Assembly: GCA_963815215.1 (NCBI GenBank)
Contig: CAWFFU010000003.1
Location: 384,001 to 448,000 of the forward strand
Length of the DNA: 64,000 bases
Origin: an uncultured Trueperaceae bacterium
GTDB taxonomy: Bacteria > Deinococcota > Deinococci > Deinococcales > Trueperaceae
Direction: 5' to 3'
In this document: positions 60,354 to 64,000 of the stretch, one piece after another
How positions within the stretch are numbered: the stretch's first letter is position 1
Layout: every line of letters begins with the position of its first letter
The notes under the pieces: generated by a model
Database searches by the model: none
The model's input: the letters and a program-made list of their open reading frames with translations, nothing else
What the model was told of the DNA's origin: nothing
Translations under genes and position numbers: made by a program

Positions 60354-61294
60354 CGTGTCCTCCCGCGGGGCCAGATCCCCTGGGGCCGCAACACCATCAC
60401 CACGATCATCGCGAAGCCGAAGACGAGGTAGCGGTACTGCGCCAGCCCGCGGAACACCTGCGGCACCACGAACATCAGCACCGTTCCCAGCAGCACGCCG
60501 GGGATGGACGCCTGGCCGCCGACGAGCACGATGGCGAAGAGCGTCACCGATTCGGTGAACACGAACGATCCCGGGCTCACGCTGGCGAGCTGGACGGCGA
60601 ACAGCGTTCCCGCGGCACCGGCCACGCCGGCGCCGATCGCGAACGCCAGGATCTTGTAGTAGCGGGCGTTGACCCCCAGCGTGGTGGCGGCGAGCTCGTC
60701 CTCCTTGAGATAGCGGAACACGCGCCCGATCCGGGAGCGCTCGAGGTTGCGCATGAGCAGCAGCACGGCCGCCAGCGCCAGCCAGTCCAGGTAGAACAGT
60801 GCACCCTGGCTGGAGAGCGCCGTTCCGAAGAGATGGGGCACGCCGATCCCGAAGATGCCGTCGGGGCCGCCGGTGACGTCACCGACGTTGTTCCCGAGGG
60901 CCAGCACGAAGATGATGTTGAAGCCGATGGTGGCGACCAGCAGGTAGTCGCCGCGGAGCTTCACGATTGGGGCCGAAAGTACGACCCCGACCAACGCCGC
61001 CACCACGATGGCGACCGGCCAGGTGGCGAAGATCGGCCAGCCGAGCCGCGTGTTGAGGATGGCGGTGACGTACGCACCCACCCCGAAGTACACCGCGTGT
61101 CCCATGTCGTACATGCCGGCGCGCCCCAGCACGATGTCCTGCGACAACGCGACGACGGCGTAGATCGCGAAGATCGCCAGGATGCTGATCCAGCTGCCGT
61201 TCAGCAGGACCGGCACCAGCAGGCCGAGTAGCCAGAGCAGCGGTCCGAGCGCGCGTCGCGCCCGGCCGAGCGCTGTCGATCGAGGAGCGACCAT
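60350..61294 (-). CDS. livM: Branched-chain amino acid-type ABC permease
   Basis: GHAVYFGVGAY, LRGDYL, TGGPDG, EDELAA, VLVGG, RPQG. Confidence 0.9.
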
Positions 61295-61332
61295 GAGCTA
61301 GGAGTTCCCCGAGCCGGCGCAGACGGGCGCGC

Positions 61333-62235
61333 TCATACCTTCTCCGCCACGCGCTCGCCCAGGATGCCGGTAGGCCGCACCAACAGGATGGCGATGAGCA
61401 GCGCGAAGGTGATGGCCTCCTGCCAGGAGCTGGAGACGTAGCCCGCCGCGAAGGCGTTGAACAGCCCCAGCAGCAGGCCGCCGAGCATGGCGCCCGGGAT
61501 GTTCCCGATGCCCCCGATGATCGCGGCGATGAAGGCGTTGAGGCCGTAGATCCAGCCCATGTTGAAGTAGGCCTCACGGTAGTACAGGCCTATGAACAGG
61601 CCGCCCACCGCGCCCAGTGCCGGGCCGACCACGAACACGCTGGCGATCACCCGGTTGACGTTGATGCCCATGAGCCTGGCGGCGTCCTGATCGATCGCGG
61701 CGGCCCGGATGGCGGTGCCGAAGCGGGTGTGATGCACGTAGAAGTACAGGCCGGCCATGAGGACCAGCGAGCCCACGATGATCACCACCTGCACGAAGCT
61801 GATCGACGCGCTCCCGATCTTCCACTTGAGATCCGGCAGGAGGTTCGCCGGGAACACCTTGACCTCCGGGCCCCAGATCAACATGATGCCGTTCTCGATC
61901 AGCATCGACGCGCCCAGCGCCGACACCACCGCGGACAACCTGGGCGCCTTGCGCAGGGGGCGGTACGCCGTGAACTCCAGCACGGCGCCCGCGATGCCGA
62001 CGGCGACCGCGGCCACGATGAAGGCCGCGGCCAGCAAGAGGGCGCCGGCGTTGCCGCCGCCGAGGCCGCTGGTCAGGACCGTCAACCCGATGAAGGCCGC
62101 CAGGATGCTCAGGTCGCCGTGCGCGAAGTTGATGAGCTTCAGCACCCCGTAGACCATGGTGTAACCGAGGGCGATCAGTGCGTAGAAACCGCCCACGGTC
62201 ACACCGTTGATGAACTGCTGCAGGACGACGTCCAT
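61333..62235 (-). CDS. livH: Branched-chain amino acid-type ABC permease
   Basis: YALIALGYTMVYGVLKLINFAHG, GTAIRAAA-x-D, AFIAAIIGGIG, RPTGILG. Confidence 0.92.
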   Translation of the reverse strand: MDVVLQQFINGVTVGGFYALIALGYTMVYGVLKLINFAHGDLSILAAFIGLTVLTSGLGGGNAGALLLAAAFIVAAVAVGIAGAVLEFTAYRPLRKAPRLSAVVSALGASMLIENGIMLIWGPEVKVFPANLLPDLKWKIGSASISFVQVVIIVGSLVLMAGLYFYVHHTRFGTAIRAAAIDQDAARLMGINVNRVIASVFVVGPALGAVGGLFIGLYYREAYFNMGWIYGLNAFIAAIIGGIGNIPGAMLGGLLLGLFNAFAAGYVSSSWQEAITFALLIAILLVRPTGILGERVAEKV

Positions 62236-62273
62236 GGAGCCCTAGCGCCCGCGCCGCGGACGCAGGCCGGCCA

Positions 62274-63416
62274 TTACTGCGTGGCCGACTCCGGATAGAC
62301 GATCTTGTACGAACCGTCGGCCTGGATCTCGAACGCCGTGAACGGGCTGCCGATGCGCTCCCCGGTCTTGTCCCACGAGAACGTCCCGGTCAGTCCCTGG
62401 AAGTCCTTCAGGTTGTGCAGCCAGTCGATGAGCTTCGCTGGGTCGGTGCTCTGCGTGGCCTTCACTGCGGCGATCACGGCGCGGAAACCATCGGCGTTCG
62501 TGAGGGTGTAGATGCTGGGCGGCTCCTGCCCGTAGGCCGCCTTGTAGTCGGCCAGGAACTGCTTGGCCTCGGGATAGGGCAGGTTGTCGGGCGAGGGCAC
62601 GTTGATGATGATGGCGCCCTGAGCGGCGTTCCCGGCGATCTGGGCGAACGCTACGTTCTGGTTGGCGTCGCCGCCGACGAACGTCGCGCTCATGTCGAGC
62701 TGCTTCATCTGGGCGCGGATGAGCCCACCGTCGGGGTAGTAGCCGGAGAAGTAGAGCACGTCGGGGTTCACCGACTTGATCTTGGTGAGCACCGCCGTGT
62801 AGTCCTGCGATCCGGCAGTGATGAAGCCCGTGTACACCAGGTTGCCGCCATCGCTCTTGACGGCCTGGACGACCGCATCGGAGAGCCCCTTGGCGAAGCT
62901 GGAGTGGTCGGCCAGCACGGCGATGCGCTGGAACTTCTTGCCGTTCACCAGGTAGGCGGCCGTGAACTTCGCCTCGGCGCTGTTGGGCGGGGCGTTGCGG
63001 AAGAAGGTCTTGTAGCCGCCCGCGGTCAGCTGGTCGCTGGTGCCGTCGGAGGTCTGGATGACGTTGGCCCGGGCGTAGATAGGCTCGGCCGCCAGCGCGG
63101 CGCCGCTGGTGTAAGTGCCGATGACGGCCAGAACACCTTCGTTGACGAGCTGACGTGCGCAGATCGCGGCCTGCGACGCCTGGCCGCCGTCGTCGCAGGT
63201 CTTCACTTCGATGGTGCGGCCCAGCAAGCCGCCCTGGTCGTTGATCTGCTTGGCGATCAACTTGACGCCCTTGTCGATGCCCTGCCCCTCGTTGGCGTAC
63301 TGGCCCGTGATGGGCGCCTGCACGCCGATCACGATGGGATCGGCGGCGAACACCGTGCTGGCAGCCAGCGCCAGCGTCAACGCCACCAGGACCGGGACGA
63401 TCACCTTCCTGGACAT
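62274..63416 (-). CDS. Branched-chain amino acid-type ABC substrate-binding protein (LivJ/LivK family)
   Basis: Signal peptide, APITGQYA, INDQGGLLG, DD, GTYTSG, FFR, DYTAVLTKIK, GLTGTFSWD; GGGAGG SD. Confidence 0.92.
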   Translation of the reverse strand: MSRKVIVPVLVALTLALAASTVFAADPIVIGVQAPITGQYANEGQGIDKGVKLIAKQINDQGGLLGRTIEVKTCDDGGQASQAAICARQLVNEGVLAVIGTYTSGAALAAEPIYARANVIQTSDGTSDQLTAGGYKTFFRNAPPNSAEAKFTAAYLVNGKKFQRIAVLADHSSFAKGLSDAVVQAVKSDGGNLVYTGFITAGSQDYTAVLTKIKSVNPDVLYFSGYYPDGGLIRAQMKQLDMSATFVGGDANQNVAFAQIAGNAAQGAIIINVPSPDNLPYPEAKQFLADYKAAYGQEPPSIYTLTNADGFRAVIAAVKATQSTDPAKLIDWLHNLKDFQGLTGTFSWDKTGERIGSPFTAFEIQADGSYKIVYPESATQ

Positions 63417-63536
63417 GAATCCTCCCATTCCCCCTCGGCTCTGTGCCGCCGAGAGCGGGCAGCCTCGAGCCACCCCCATGAACGAACCTGTCGCCCCCTA
63501 GGGCGAGCAGCGGAACCAACCTTGAACGACAGCGGT

Positions 63537-63565
63537 AGGCTACGGCGACGGCCCGGTCCTGTCAA
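63537..63565 (-). promoter_or_regulatory. Sigma70 promoter of the liv operon
   Basis: TTGACA (63565-63560), 17-nt spacer, TAGCCT (63542-63537). Confidence 0.65.
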
Positions 63566-63687
63566 CGCCTGTCCTTCCCGGGCGAGTACGGAAGGTGCTC
63601 TGGGGCCGGATCGATGCGGGGTCGGGCGGCGGTAGAGTGACGCGTGAACGGACGACCGTGTTCTACCCCCTTACAGCGAGGCCGATC

Positions 63688-64000
63688 GTGACCCTCGACG
63701 GTGTCTACCGCCGCACCATGTTGGCGGTGTCGGACGCTCCACTCGTTCGCGGCTTCATCACCCGGGTCGGGTGGCGGCTGGGCGTGGGCCGCTTCGTCGC
63801 AGGCGAGTCGCTGGAGTCCGCCCTGCCCCACCTGCGAGCGATCGAGAGCTCCGGCAAGGGTATCGTCCTGGACGTTCTCGGCGAGTTCGTGAGCGACGAG
63901 GCGGCCGCCCGGCAGGCGGCCGCCCGGATCCTGGCCGCGCTCGAGGCCGCCGCCGGCTTCGGACTCGAGCCCTACTTCAGCGCCAAGCCCACCCAGCTCG
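63688..64000 (+). CDS. Monofunctional proline dehydrogenase, 5' part (runs off the window; absent from the ORF track)
   Basis: Manual translation MTLDGVYRRTMLAVS...GRFVAGESLESAL...GIVLDVLGE...YFSAKPTQL matches the PRODH motifs RFVAGE, DxLGE, SxKxTQLG. Confidence 0.85.
   Translation, partial: MTLDGVYRRTMLAVSDAPLVRGFITRVGWRLGVGRFVAGESLESALPHLRAIESSGKGIVLDVLGEFVSDEAAARQAAARILAALEAAAGFGLEPYFSAKPTQL

Overview
High-GC core-chromosome segment, most likely from a Deinococcota (Truepera/Deinococcales-like) bacterium. This is inferred from a Thermus/Deinococcus-type SpoVS, an RqkA-like kinase with PQQ-type repeats, a monofunctional proline dehydrogenase and frequent leaderless-type -10 boxes. About 55 genes in order: gcvT(3' part)-gcvH-gcvPA-gcvPB; IscA/ErpA; tRNA-Trp; MarR-MFS; nfeD-floA-yqfB-like-phoH-7TM/HD(PgpH-like)-ybeY-dgkA-cdd; TPR protein; hisC-hisB-hisH-SPOR-rapZ-yvcK-DOMON-like; membrane MoCo oxidoreductase; murA divergent from a small RHH-like gene plus Ser/Thr kinase; gltB; ilvB-ilvN-ilvC-leuA-cimA; spoVS; Zn peptidase; rsmB-like; MBL hydrolases; lon; yjjX-like; ABC exporter; M6P isomerase; VTT protein; dppABC; LolD-like ATPase; Crp regulator; GNATs; histidine phosphatase; livKHMGF; and the 5' part of a proline dehydrogenase. 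I saw no integrase, transposase, CRISPR array or recognisable defence system, and I cannot support a wholly new multi-gene system. The most interesting signals are regulatory or topological: (1) ATC start codons behind strong SD sequences (spoVS, probably phoH); (2) a near-leaderless ilv attenuator peptide whose Val/Leu/Ile codons are all rare; (3) a ~235-nt structured gltB leader with phased direct repeats; (4) a murA / RHH-kinase divergon with a shared -35 and a CRP-type box; (5) a polytopic MoCo enzyme with an internal twin-arginine motif; (6) a HAIR (HspR) box before a DdrE-like peptidase. All assignments come from motif recognition by eye; no database search was run.
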